From Bryobacteraceae bacterium (lineage in GTDB: Bacteria > Acidobacteriota > Terriglobia > Bryobacterales > Bryobacteraceae), in assembly GCA_049511415.1 (NCBI GenBank), contig JBEKYC010000013.1:9176-73175 (forward strand): 64,000 nt of DNA, read 5' to 3'. Below the pieces are notes generated by a model that worked only from the letters and a program-made list of their open reading frames with translations, was not told the origin of the DNA and did no database searches. Shown piece after piece: positions 26,342-35,152 of the stretch. A program made the translations under genes and the position numbers. The stretch's first letter is position 1, and every line of letters begins with the position of its first letter.

Positions 26342-27715
26342 TCAGGGGCGGGGCGGCGGGGCGGACGCCGGCTTCTTGTTGTCTGCCAGAGTCTCGACGC
26401 GCACCCGGGCGATGCGGTTGCGCTCCATCTCCAGCACCGTGTAGCGCCGTCCGCCATACTCCACGTGTTCGCTGGCGTGTGGAATGTAGCCCAACCGGTA
26501 CAGCAGGAAACCTGCCAGCGTCTCGAAGCCCGCCTCGGCCGGTATTTCGATACCGTACTCGGTTTCCAGATCGCGAATGCGTGTGGCCCCGTCCAGTTCC
26601 ACTTCGCCCTTATCCGCACCGGGCGGGGCCTGGCTGGTTTCGTCGTACTCGTCCTGGATCGGCCCCACGATCTGTTCCAGAACGTCTTCCACCGTAACCA
26701 GCCCCCCGATGGTGCCGAATTCGTCCACCACCATGGCCATATGCGATCGGCCCTGCTGGAACTCGGCCAGCATCTGGCCCACGGGTTTGGTCTCGGGCAC
26801 CACCAGGTGCTTGCGCAGCAGCCGGCGGATCCGGAACGCGCGGCTGGGACGGCCCACCCGAATGGCCTCCCGCCGCTCCTCCCAGACCGGCAGCAGGTCC
26901 TTGTAATGCAGCAGGCCGATAATCTGTTCCGGCTTGCCTTCGTAAACCGGTACCCGCGAATGCTGATGCTCGACCATGGCCCGTAATACCTCGTCGAGGC
27001 TAGCTTCGGCCGAGACCGAGATGATATCCTTGCGCGGCACCATGATCTCGCGCACGGATAAATCGCCCAGATCCAGTACCCGGTGGATCATGTCTTCCTG
27101 GGCTTCCGGCAGATAGCCCAAGCCCCGGCTCGACGTCACGATCAACTTCAGTTCTTCGGCCGAGTGGCCGCCCGTGCGATGGTGCCCGCCGGCGCGTAAC
27201 AGATTCGTAATCGCGCCGCTGGACTTCTCAATCACCAGCACGAAGGCGATGGAAATGCGGTAGAACACCAGCAAGACCGGCGCCACCGCCAGGGCCAGCC
27301 GGTCCGCCGTGGCGATCGCCAGATTTTTGGGCACCACCTCGCCAATCACCACGTGCAAATAGCTAATGGCCAGAAATGCCAACACCAGATTGGCGCCGCG
27401 TACCACGGCTGCCGCCGTCGGACCCCAAGCCGGATGCACCACCGATTCGATGATGTGGAATAGCGTTTCTTCGCCCGCCCAGCCTAAACCCAGACTGCTC
27501 AGCGTGACGCCGACTTGCGTCATGGAAAGCAGGCGCTGTGGATTTGCCAACAGGCTGAGAGCGGCATTCGCCCCGGACTTTCCCTCTGCCGCGAGCTGCC
27601 GCAGCCTCGACCCGCGCACCGAGAGCAGGGCTACTTCCGCTGCGGCAAAAAAGCCGTTCAAGGCAATCAGCAGCGCCACCAGAATCAGTCGAAATCCAAG
27701 GTACGATTGGTGCAT
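26342..27715 (-). CDS. hemolysin-family/CNNM transporter (DUF21 + CBS pair + CorC_HlyC)
   Basis: 'FFAAAEVALLSVR' (DUF21), 'VREIMVPRKDI' (CBS), 'HMAMVVDEFGTIGGLVTVEDVLEQIVG', and a C-terminal CorC/HlyC domain. Confidence 0.9.
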   Translation of the reverse strand: MHQSYLGFRLILVALLIALNGFFAAAEVALLSVRGSRLRQLAAEGKSGANAALSLLANPQRLLSMTQVGVTLSSLGLGWAGEETLFHIIESVVHPAWGPTAAAVVRGANLVLAFLAISYLHVVIGEVVPKNLAIATADRLALAVAPVLLVFYRISIAFVLVIEKSSGAITNLLRAGGHHRTGGHSAEELKLIVTSSRGLGYLPEAQEDMIHRVLDLGDLSVREIMVPRKDIISVSAEASLDEVLRAMVEHQHSRVPVYEGKPEQIIGLLHYKDLLPVWEERREAIRVGRPSRAFRIRRLLRKHLVVPETKPVGQMLAEFQQGRSHMAMVVDEFGTIGGLVTVEDVLEQIVGPIQDEYDETSQAPPGADKGEVELDGATRIRDLETEYGIEIPAEAGFETLAGFLLYRLGYIPHASEHVEYGGRRYTVLEMERNRIARVRVETLADNKKPASAPPPRP

Positions 27716-27904
27716 GAATCGGCCAAAGCCGGAATTCCCATTTTAGGCGTTAGGCGGCGTTCTGCATTTCACAGAATGCTGCTAACCTTAGCGGCTCCGC
27801 GTGCGTCTGTATAGGTAACTCCGTTACACCTGGCGGGCGCTGGCTCACCGTATCCCTAAGGCCTCGCGCCCGCATTCATCCCGCCACTTGGCGGGTGGGC
27901 AGAC

Positions 27905-29060
27905 CTACTCATCGCGTGTGGGACCAATAGGAGCCCAATCCTGACCGTCAAACCGGATCAAAAACAATTGCTTGATCGGCTGATAATCCGTCGGACTAGT
28001 TGTGATTTTAATACCGAAACGCAGCATTCCAAGTTCCAAATTCAGGCTGGCCGCCTGTTTCATCACATTCGCGCGCGTCAGATTATCGCCGCACTTCTGT
28101 AGCACTTCCGTCACCGTCTGCGCCACTTCGTAACCATAGACATAGTTGGCGTCCCGCAGGTTCGCCTCCGGATTATACTTGCCCATCCACTCGACAAACG
28201 CCCGCACCGCCGGGTCTTGCCTGGATTGCGGTGTCAGCCAGCCCTTCGACCTGGCATTCGTGATCACCCCGGCAGCCTTCTTAAGCCCGGCTGGCTCCAG
28301 GAACGCGGTGACCGAGAGGGAGGCGTTCGGTATGAACTGCAGCGGATGCCAGCCGATGTCGTAAGCTTTCCTAATGGCGCGGGTAGCCAGCCGGCCCACC
28401 GCCAGATTCATGAATACATCCGCGCCCGAGTTCTGCAGCGACACAACCTGCGCGTCGAACCCTTCCGGAGCGGCGTAATCGAAGGATGCCTCCTTCACGA
28501 TCATGGCCGCCGCTTTTCCGCCGAAGCCCTCCCGAATGCCGCTCAGCCACTCCTGGCCGGATTCATCCCGCGCGAAGAGAATCCCGACTTTCGCATTCGG
28601 TCTGGTCCGCAAAACATACCGCGCATACGCCAGGCCCTCCGTCCGCTTGCTGGTTTGAAAGCCCATGGTCCACGGAAAGCGCGCCGGATCGTCGAACGCC
28701 GCATCCGTAGCCGCGACGAAAAGCTGTGGAACCCGTTTTTCGTTCAGGTAAGGGCGCAGCGCCATATTGACCGCGCTTCCCCAGATACCCGCAGTCAGCA
28801 GAACCTGATCCTGTTCCACGAGTTGGTGTACCAGTGTCACGGCCCGTATCCGATACCGAATCCAGGCTGATGAATTTGATCTTACGGCCGTGGATGCCGC
28901 CCTGCTCATTCACCATCTGAAAGTACGCCGCCTCGGCTCGCCCCGTGGCGCCGTACTCCGAGAACCCGCCCGTATAGGGCATCACGTTGCCGATCTTGAT
29001 TTCGTTGTCCGCGCCCGCCAGCACGAACACGAAGACAAAGGCAGCGGCCCATCGGAACAT
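27905..29060 (-). pseudogene. ABC transporter substrate-binding protein (LivJ/branched-chain amino acid type), interrupted by a frameshift
   Basis: N-terminus (signal + 'IKIGNVMPYTGGFSEYG..GGIHGRKIKFISLD') is in the frame of ORF 28563..29189. Homology continues ('RAVTLVHQLVEQDQVLL..VPQLFVA..FPWTMGF') in the frame of ORF 27905..28909. The break lies between about 28843 and 28862. Confidence 0.7.
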
Positions 29061-29073
29061 ATGAAATGACCGG

Positions 29074-30363
29074 CTAAGAGCCTTCTCCACTCGGCCAAAC
29101 CACCTTCCCGCCCACGATCGTGGCCACCGGCCCGCCCGTGAATTCGTGCCCGTCAAACGGTGAATTCCGGCTCTTGGAGAACGACGCATTCACGTCATAC
29201 TTCCATTCCACACTGGTGCTGAAAATGGTGACGTCCGCCGCGGCGCCCGCCGCCAGCGTGCCGCGATCCAGATGCAGCACGCGCGCCGGTCCGATGGTGA
29301 ACAGTTCCACCAGCCGCGTCAGCGTAATCTTGCCCGGGTGGACCAGATGTTCCAATGCCAGACCTAATGCCGTCTCGAGCCCGATAATGCCGAACGGGCA
29401 TTTTTCGAACTCCTGCATTTTTTCGCTGCCGGGATGCGGCGCGTGATCCGTCGCGATAACGTCCACCGCGCCCGAAACGATGCCATCCACCACCGCGACG
29501 GCATCGCAGGCGCTCCGCAGCGGCGGCTTCATTTTGTAGTTACTGTCGTAGGGCGGCATGCACCCGTCGTGCAGTGCGAAGTGATGCGGCGTGACCTCGC
29601 AGGTCACCGGCAGCCCGCGTTGTTTGGCATACGCGACCATGGCCATGGCGTTTCGTGTAGAAATGTGCGCCACGTGAAAACGCGCTCCGGTCAACTCCGC
29701 CAGCAGAATGTCGCGCGCCACCATCACGTCCTCGGAACTCGCCGGTATGCCCCGCAGCCCCAGCCGCACGGATTCGTAGCCTTCGTGCATATCGCCGCCC
29801 GCGCTCAGGTTCAGATCTTCGCAGTGATCGATTACCGGCAGGTCAAAGGAGCGCGCAAACTCCATCGCCCGGCGCATCACCCGCGCATTCATGACCGGCC
29901 GGCCATCGTCTGAAATGGCCACCACCCCCGCCGCCTTCATGGACCCGATCGCCGCCAGTTCCTCGCCCGCGCTGTTCTTGGTGATGGCGCCGATCGGAAA
30001 AACATTCGTCACCGCCAACTTGCGCGCGCGCTCGATAATGTAGCTGGTGACCGTGGCATTGTCGTTCACCGGCAGCGTATTGGGCATCGAGCAGATCGAG
30101 GTGAATCCGCCCGCCGCCGCCGCCCGTGCCCCGGTTTCGATGGTTTCCGCGTGCTCGATACCCGGCTCGCGCAGGTGTACGTGCATGTCGATGAATCCTG
30201 GCGCCACGATCAAACCCGCCGCGTCGAAAGTCCCCGCGCCGGCTGCTTCCAGATTCGGTCCTACGCCTTCGATACTGCCGTCGCGAATGAGCACATCGGC
30301 CAGCATATCGGTTGCCGAGGCCGGGTCAATCACCCGTCCGCCCTTGATGAGAAGTTGTGACAT
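29074..30363 (-). CDS. pyrC: dihydroorotase
   Basis: ATG 30363 ([14 protein letters not shown]..). 'PGFIDMHVHLREPG', 'ATDHAPH'. Start overlaps the pyrB stop (TGATG). The listed 548-aa ORF is an extension into pyrB. Confidence 0.92.
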   Translation of the reverse strand: MSQLLIKGGRVIDPASATDMLADVLIRDGSIEGVGPNLEAAGAGTFDAAGLIVAPGFIDMHVHLREPGIEHAETIETGARAAAAGGFTSICSMPNTLPVNDNATVTSYIIERARKLAVTNVFPIGAITKNSAGEELAAIGSMKAAGVVAISDDGRPVMNARVMRRAMEFARSFDLPVIDHCEDLNLSAGGDMHEGYESVRLGLRGIPASSEDVMVARDILLAELTGARFHVAHISTRNAMAMVAYAKQRGLPVTCEVTPHHFALHDGCMPPYDSNYKMKPPLRSACDAVAVVDGIVSGAVDVIATDHAPHPGSEKMQEFEKCPFGIIGLETALGLALEHLVHPGKITLTRLVELFTIGPARVLHLDRGTLAAGAAADVTIFSTSVEWKYDVNASFSKSRNSPFDGHEFTGGPVATIVGGKVVWPSGEGS

Positions 30364-31271
30364 CAGCCGATCACCCGCTCCAGCACCGCCATGCGCACGG
30401 CGACGCCGTTTTCCACCTGGTTCAGTATGACCGAACGCTGCGAATCCGCCACTTCCGACGACAGCTCCCGCCCGCGGTTGATGGGCCCGGGATGCATCAC
30501 GATGGCATCCGGCTTGGCCAGCGCCAGGTGCTGCAGCGTCAGCCCGTAAAATTGGAAGTACTCGCTCGCCGGGAAAGCCGCCTCGTGCTGCCGCTCCAGT
30601 TGCACGCGCAGCATCATGATGACATCGGCGTCCCGGATGGCCTCCCGAATATCGTTGGTGAGCACCACCCCCGGCGCGATCCGCGCCAGTTCCCGCGGCA
30701 GGAGCGAAGCCGGTCCGCACAACACGATCTGCGAGCCGAATTTCGAAAGCAGATAAACATTCGACCGCGCCACCCGGCTGTGCGCGATATCGCCGATGAT
30801 GGCCACGCGCAGCCCTTCCAGGCTGTGCCGCCGGTCCAGGATAGTGCGTGCGTCCAGCAGAGCCTGCGTGGGATGTTCATGCGTGCCGTCGCCCGCGTTA
30901 ATGATGGGCATGGCCAGGTAGCGCGCCAGAAAGTGCGGCGCCCCAGATGCCGAATGCCGCATCACAATCGCGTTGGGACGCATGGCTGCCAGTGTGTTGA
31001 GCGTATCCACCAGCGACTCGCCTTTCGATACGCTGGAAGCCGAAGCCGCAATCGAGACGGCATCCGCGCCCAGGCGCTTGGCGGCGATTTCAAAACTGGT
31101 GCGGGTGCGCGTCGAGGCTTCGAAGAAGAGATTCACAATCATCTTCCCGCGAAGCGTGTCCAACTTCTTCTGCGGTTGGTGCTGGACGGGTTGAAACTGC
31201 TTGGCGCGCTCCAGGATGGCTTCGATCTCGGCGCGGTCCAGTTCTTCGATTCCGAGCATTCCTGCCGGCAT
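30363..31271 (-). CDS. pyrB: aspartate carbamoyltransferase catalytic subunit
   Basis: '[13 protein letters not shown]', 'HPTQALLD', 'HPGP' motifs. 302 aa. Confidence 0.95.
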   Translation of the reverse strand: MPAGMLGIEELDRAEIEAILERAKQFQPVQHQPQKKLDTLRGKMIVNLFFEASTRTRTSFEIAAKRLGADAVSIAASASSVSKGESLVDTLNTLAAMRPNAIVMRHSASGAPHFLARYLAMPIINAGDGTHEHPTQALLDARTILDRRHSLEGLRVAIIGDIAHSRVARSNVYLLSKFGSQIVLCGPASLLPRELARIAPGVVLTNDIREAIRDADVIMMLRVQLERQHEAAFPASEYFQFYGLTLQHLALAKPDAIVMHPGPINRGRELSSEVADSQRSVILNQVENGVAVRMAVLERVIG

Positions 31272-31274
31272 GGT

Positions 31275-31841
31275 TTAAACAGCTTCGCCCGCGGCGGTTC
31301 TTTCCACCAGCAGCACCTTCTCCATCTCATCGATCTCCTGAAACTTCACTTCGATGATTTCGTCGTCGGTGGTCTGCACGACGCGCCCCACGAACTGCGC
31401 CTCGATGGGCAGTTCCCGGTGTCCCCGGTCGATCAGCACCAGCAGGTGTACGCGCGCCGGGCGGCCATGATCGAACAGCGCATCCAGCGCCGCGCGAATC
31501 GTCCGGCCCGTGAAAAGCACGTCGTCCATCAGGATGATGTTCTTCCCTTGCACCGGAAAGGCGATTTCGGTGGCGCTGACCACGGGTTTGATGTCCACGG
31601 TGGTTAGGTCGTCGCGGTAGAGATTGATGTCCAGAATGCCCACCGGCACGGCGCGCTTTTCGAGCGATTCGATCTTGCGCGCCAGGCGTTGCGCCAAAGG
31701 CACGCCACGACGGCGAATGCCGATGAACGCTAATTTGTCCAGATCCGGATTTTTCTCCAGAATCTCATGCGCCAGCCGCACCAGCGTGCGGTCGATTTCC
31801 GAAGCGCTCATCAGTTGGCCTTTGAGGCGTGTGAGGGGCAT
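31275..31841 (-). CDS. pyrR: bifunctional pyrimidine operon regulator / uracil phosphoribosyltransferase PyrR
   Basis: 'FIGIRRRGVPLAQRLA', PRPP motif 'IILMDDVLFTGRTIRAAL'. Heads pyrB-pyrC. Confidence 0.9.
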   Translation of the reverse strand: MPLTRLKGQLMSASEIDRTLVRLAHEILEKNPDLDKLAFIGIRRRGVPLAQRLARKIESLEKRAVPVGILDINLYRDDLTTVDIKPVVSATEIAFPVQGKNIILMDDVLFTGRTIRAALDALFDHGRPARVHLLVLIDRGHRELPIEAQFVGRVVQTTDDEIIEVKFQEIDEMEKVLLVERTAAGEAV

Positions 31842-31880
31842 GGTCGGGTAAGCAACAGCGTAGCATAGCCGTCCCTGCTC

Positions 31881-34673
31881 CTAGCGGAACCCCGCGGTAC
31901 CCTTGCCATCCACCACCAACTCGTACGCCCCGCTCTTCCAGCCGTGCGCGCTCATTGCCAGCTTGACCGTTCGCAGCGCATCATTGCCCGCCACCACCAG
32001 AACCATATGCGCCGCGTCCAGCGGACTCTTGCCCGCCAGCAGCAGCGCGTCCCGTTCCGACCCGTACGTTTCCCCGCCGATGCGGAACACGTCCGCGCCA
32101 TAATCCAGCCCCAGACCGGCGCTCCATGCCGCCAGCGCCGAATTGGCCTCCGGACGCCCGACAAAAATCACATCGTGCGTGCGCAACTCCGCCTCCGTCG
32201 CCTCGAAATCCTTGCGTATCGGAACCGCGCTCTCATACATGTCCAGGAACTGATTCTGCAATTGCTCGGCGGCATATCGATTGGCGCCTGCCTCCCTCAC
32301 CGTGCCGTACACCAGCATCGCGGAGCGCAGCCGGCCGCGCATGTCGGTCGTCAGGTAAACTGGACCCTCGCCCGCATCCACCGCGAACGGCACGCCCGCC
32401 TGCTCCACGAACGACTGCGCCGTCAAGGTCTTCGTCGTTTGCGCCGCAAAATAATCCCGCATCAGTTTCAGGAACGCTTCGTCGCCCATCTTCCGCCGCA
32501 GCATGTCCAGATACAACACGCCTTTGGCCCGCTCGAATTCGAATCTTCCCGCCGGCTCTGTGGCGTTCCGCGACTCGCGATATTCCACCCGCCGGATGTT
32601 CATGCGCAAGTCCAAATCGTCCGTCAACAGGTCCTGATAATACGCGGCGGAACCCGCTACGAACCAGACATCCGCCTCGCCGGCCGGCAGAATCCAGCCC
32701 TTCCAAAGCTGGTCCGCCTCGAACGCTTTATCGTGCGCCCGTTTCTCCTTGGGCGCCTCCGCCTTCGCCGCCAGCCGCGCCGTCTCATTCTCCTGAACCG
32801 CGGCGCGCAGCCCCTCGGAAGGCTCGCCACGGAAAAGCTGGTAGCCGGCTGGATACAGCCCGTCGTTCTTGGCGTAGCCGCCCCGCCCGCGATCGGGTGT
32901 CCACTCGCGTTGGTTCGGCTTGCCGATCGCCGCCCACAACATCAGGTTCTGCGCCATGTCCGCCGTCGCGATCTTCGCATCCATGGTGGACGCGCTCACC
33001 AGCGGCGCCGTCCGGAAAGCCAGAAATCCGAACTGTTCGTCGATCTGTCCGCGATACTTCCGATACAGGCCCTGCCACGCCTGGTCGCGCGTGTACGGCA
33101 CATACGGCACATACTCCGGCGCGCCTTGCGGATCGGGCACATATTCCAGTCGCACGCCCAGATCCTTCGCGTTATTGTCTCCCCAGTAAAACCCTTCCGT
33201 CCCGCCGAACCATTCGTTCTTTGAGCTGCGCCACAGCTTCGTGCGCCCCGTGCCTAGCTCGTACATGGCGATCTCGTTGTTCTTCGCGTCGCCGATCAGC
33301 CATTCGTTCGTGTACAGGCCGTTGTTGTGCGCCCCCAGCCGCTCCACCATTTCGTCCACGTTGCCGGCGTATTGGATCGCGTCGCGCGCCCGAAATGCCA
33401 CCGGCGTGCCCGCCGCGTTGAACGGCGATTGCCGGATGGTCGTCTCCGTCAGCACCATCCCCGCATCGTTCTGATACCAGTCCGTGCCGCTTTCGATGCC
33501 GCCCGGATAGCTTTGCATCAGTATGCGATGGCCTTTGACGGGCTGCACGTCCAGCATCACGTTGGTCTGCTCCGCCAGCGTCAGCGGCCACCACGTCACA
33601 TGCCCGATCACCATCTTGCCGTCCCGCGTGGCCGGACCGGTGGCCGCGAACGCACTGCAATGATCCATCGCCGAATCCCGCTTGCGCTCGAAATATGACG
33701 GAGCGCCCAACGGCAGACCCTCCAGGCCCGTCGGCGTCATCGGCATGGCCTCGCCCAACTCGCCCAGTTCCACCGTCGTGTTCGCCACCACGATATCCAC
33801 GAGGTCCACGCGGCGATCCAGCCATTTGGCGCCCGCGTCCGACGCTCCGTCCGCGATGCCCTTCATCTCTTCCAGGATCTCCTGGCTGAAGCCGCGCAGG
33901 AACAGCGCATTCACCGTGGTGCGAAGCTGATCCCAGGAATCCGGATCCGCCTTGGCGCTCAGCTCGGCGGCGCAGCGCGCCAGGTATTCCGGAATCTCCC
34001 GCGCCATCAGGTGGCCGTGCTGATAGCCGCGCTCGTACGGCTGCCCTTCGATATGCAGATAAATCCAGCCCGCCCGCGGGTAGCGATAGGCTGGACCGAA
34101 CGTCGTCACCGTGGCCGCCGGCGGATCGTCCGCGGCGGCCACTTCGTCCAGTGTCACGCCCGAAAACCAGGCCTTGCCCGTAAACGCGCCGCCTTTGGCG
34201 ATCGTCAGCAGGATGCGATCCTCCGCGCGGCTGGCCACGAAGCGCAGTGCCAGTCGCGTCCATGCCTGCGTGCCACCCACTGCCGCCGAATGCACGTCGA
34301 ACGGCATCGAAGCCATGGTCAGCACGGCCCCTACCGCGATCGGCGACCGGTCCAGATCCCGCACCGCCAGATTCTCCGTGCGCACCCAACCGGCCACTTC
34401 ATAGCTCCTGCCGATGCGCAGCGGCACCGGCGCGGACTGGATCGCGGCATCCGTCGAATTCCCCGCTTCCACGCGCAGCGACTTCGTGCCCTCGTGCAAC
34501 ACGGAGCCATCCACGGATAGCGCGCCCCGCTCGGCGGTCCAATTCCCGCTTTGTTCCATCGTGGGCCGGAACGGAGTCCCGGCATAGAGCAGGGCCGTAG
34601 CCAGAAGACAGCAGAATAGACGAATCACAGACGGACAGCCTCCTTTCCGTAAGTGTAAACGACTCCGGGACAA
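31881..34673 (-). CDS. large secreted multidomain protein: CBM-like N-terminus, C45-type Ntn (autoproteolytic acyltransferase/hydrolase)-like core, M1-peptidase-like helical tail lacking HExxH
   Basis: 930 aa with signal peptide. 'PYERGYQHGHLMAREI' and 'DHCSAFAATGPATRDGKMVIGH' resemble peptidase C45. 'LYLDMLRRKMGDEAFLKLMRDYF' resembles an M1 accessory region. Confidence 0.55.
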   Translation of the reverse strand: MSRSRLHLRKGGCPSVIRLFCCLLATALLYAGTPFRPTMEQSGNWTAERGALSVDGSVLHEGTKSLRVEAGNSTDAAIQSAPVPLRIGRSYEVAGWVRTENLAVRDLDRSPIAVGAVLTMASMPFDVHSAAVGGTQAWTRLALRFVASRAEDRILLTIAKGGAFTGKAWFSGVTLDEVAAADDPPAATVTTFGPAYRYPRAGWIYLHIEGQPYERGYQHGHLMAREIPEYLARCAAELSAKADPDSWDQLRTTVNALFLRGFSQEILEEMKGIADGASDAGAKWLDRRVDLVDIVVANTTVELGELGEAMPMTPTGLEGLPLGAPSYFERKRDSAMDHCSAFAATGPATRDGKMVIGHVTWWPLTLAEQTNVMLDVQPVKGHRILMQSYPGGIESGTDWYQNDAGMVLTETTIRQSPFNAAGTPVAFRARDAIQYAGNVDEMVERLGAHNNGLYTNEWLIGDAKNNEIAMYELGTGRTKLWRSSKNEWFGGTEGFYWGDNNAKDLGVRLEYVPDPQGAPEYVPYVPYTRDQAWQGLYRKYRGQIDEQFGFLAFRTAPLVSASTMDAKIATADMAQNLMLWAAIGKPNQREWTPDRGRGGYAKNDGLYPAGYQLFRGEPSEGLRAAVQENETARLAAKAEAPKEKRAHDKAFEADQLWKGWILPAGEADVWFVAGSAAYYQDLLTDDLDLRMNIRRVEYRESRNATEPAGRFEFERAKGVLYLDMLRRKMGDEAFLKLMRDYFAAQTTKTLTAQSFVEQAGVPFAVDAGEGPVYLTTDMRGRLRSAMLVYGTVREAGANRYAAEQLQNQFLDMYESAVPIRKDFEATEAELRTHDVIFVGRPEANSALAAWSAGLGLDYGADVFRIGGETYGSERDALLLAGKSPLDAAHMVLVVAGNDALRTVKLAMSAHGWKSGAYELVVDGKGTAGFR

Positions 34674-34678
34674 ATCCG

Positions 34679-35137
34679 TCAGTACAATTGGAAAGCCACC
34701 GGCGAATTCGCCGTCTTCGTAACCGTCCCGCCGGCAAAGGTCGCGGCCACCGTGATGCTCACGATCTGCGCGGTGTTCAGATCGGCGGTCGAGTACGGTT
34801 TGATCACCACCGACGCCGCGCTACCAGGGGCTGTCGCGGTGGCCGTGTGCGTGACTCCGCCAAGCTGATATTTATACGTGACCGAATAGCTCTCCACTTT
34901 CTGATTACCCCAATGCGACCCGGTCGTCTGGTCGAAGCCATTGAACATGACGTCGATGCCCGCCTCTTGCGCGAATACTCCCTCGTTGCCCGGAGGAGGC
35001 ATGCGGGCGCAGGCCACACAGCCGCCGTCGCGCTGAAACCAGAAGTGAAAGTCGTTGGAACTCGCAGCCCGGGCGGACGGCAATACCGATGCCAGGGCCA
35101 GCAGAAATGATAGCTGTTTGATTTGGTTGATCCTCAT
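34679..35137 (-). CDS. hypothetical small secreted protein
   Basis: 152 aa. Signal MRINQIKQLSFLLALASVLPSARA. 5 nt upstream of the 930-aa gene and 15 nt downstream of the 608-aa gene. Confidence 0.6.
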   Translation of the reverse strand: MRINQIKQLSFLLALASVLPSARAASSNDFHFWFQRDGGCVACARMPPPGNEGVFAQEAGIDVMFNGFDQTTGSHWGNQKVESYSVTYKYQLGGVTHTATATAPGSAASVVIKPYSTADLNTAQIVSITVAATFAGGTVTKTANSPVAFQLY

Positions 35138-35152
35138 CCTAATCCCTTCCGC

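Noticed and set aside
27716-27904. Hairpins in the tlyC-upstream intergenic region (TTCTG..CAGAA at about 27756-27778, GCGGGCGC..GCGCCCGC, CCCGCC-ACTT-GGCGGG near 27880) considered as an sRNA or terminator
   Set aside because: Short GC stems without U-tracts, which are expected by chance at this GC content. No recognisable riboswitch or tRNA architecture.
30357-31607. 416-aa ORF antisense to pyrB/pyrR
   Set aside because: Shadow ORF. pyrB and pyrR on the minus strand carry diagnostic motifs.
31842-31880. PyrR-binding attenuator upstream of pyrR
   Set aside because: The leader is only 39 nt. I could not find the conserved PyrR binding-loop sequence or a terminator/antiterminator pair.
31944-34389. 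ORFs 31944..33224 (+), 32126..33421 (+) and 33172..34389 (-, alternative frame) inside the 930-aa gene
   Set aside because: Arg/Pro/Gly-biased translations with no motifs. The absence of stops in off-frames is expected at this GC content.
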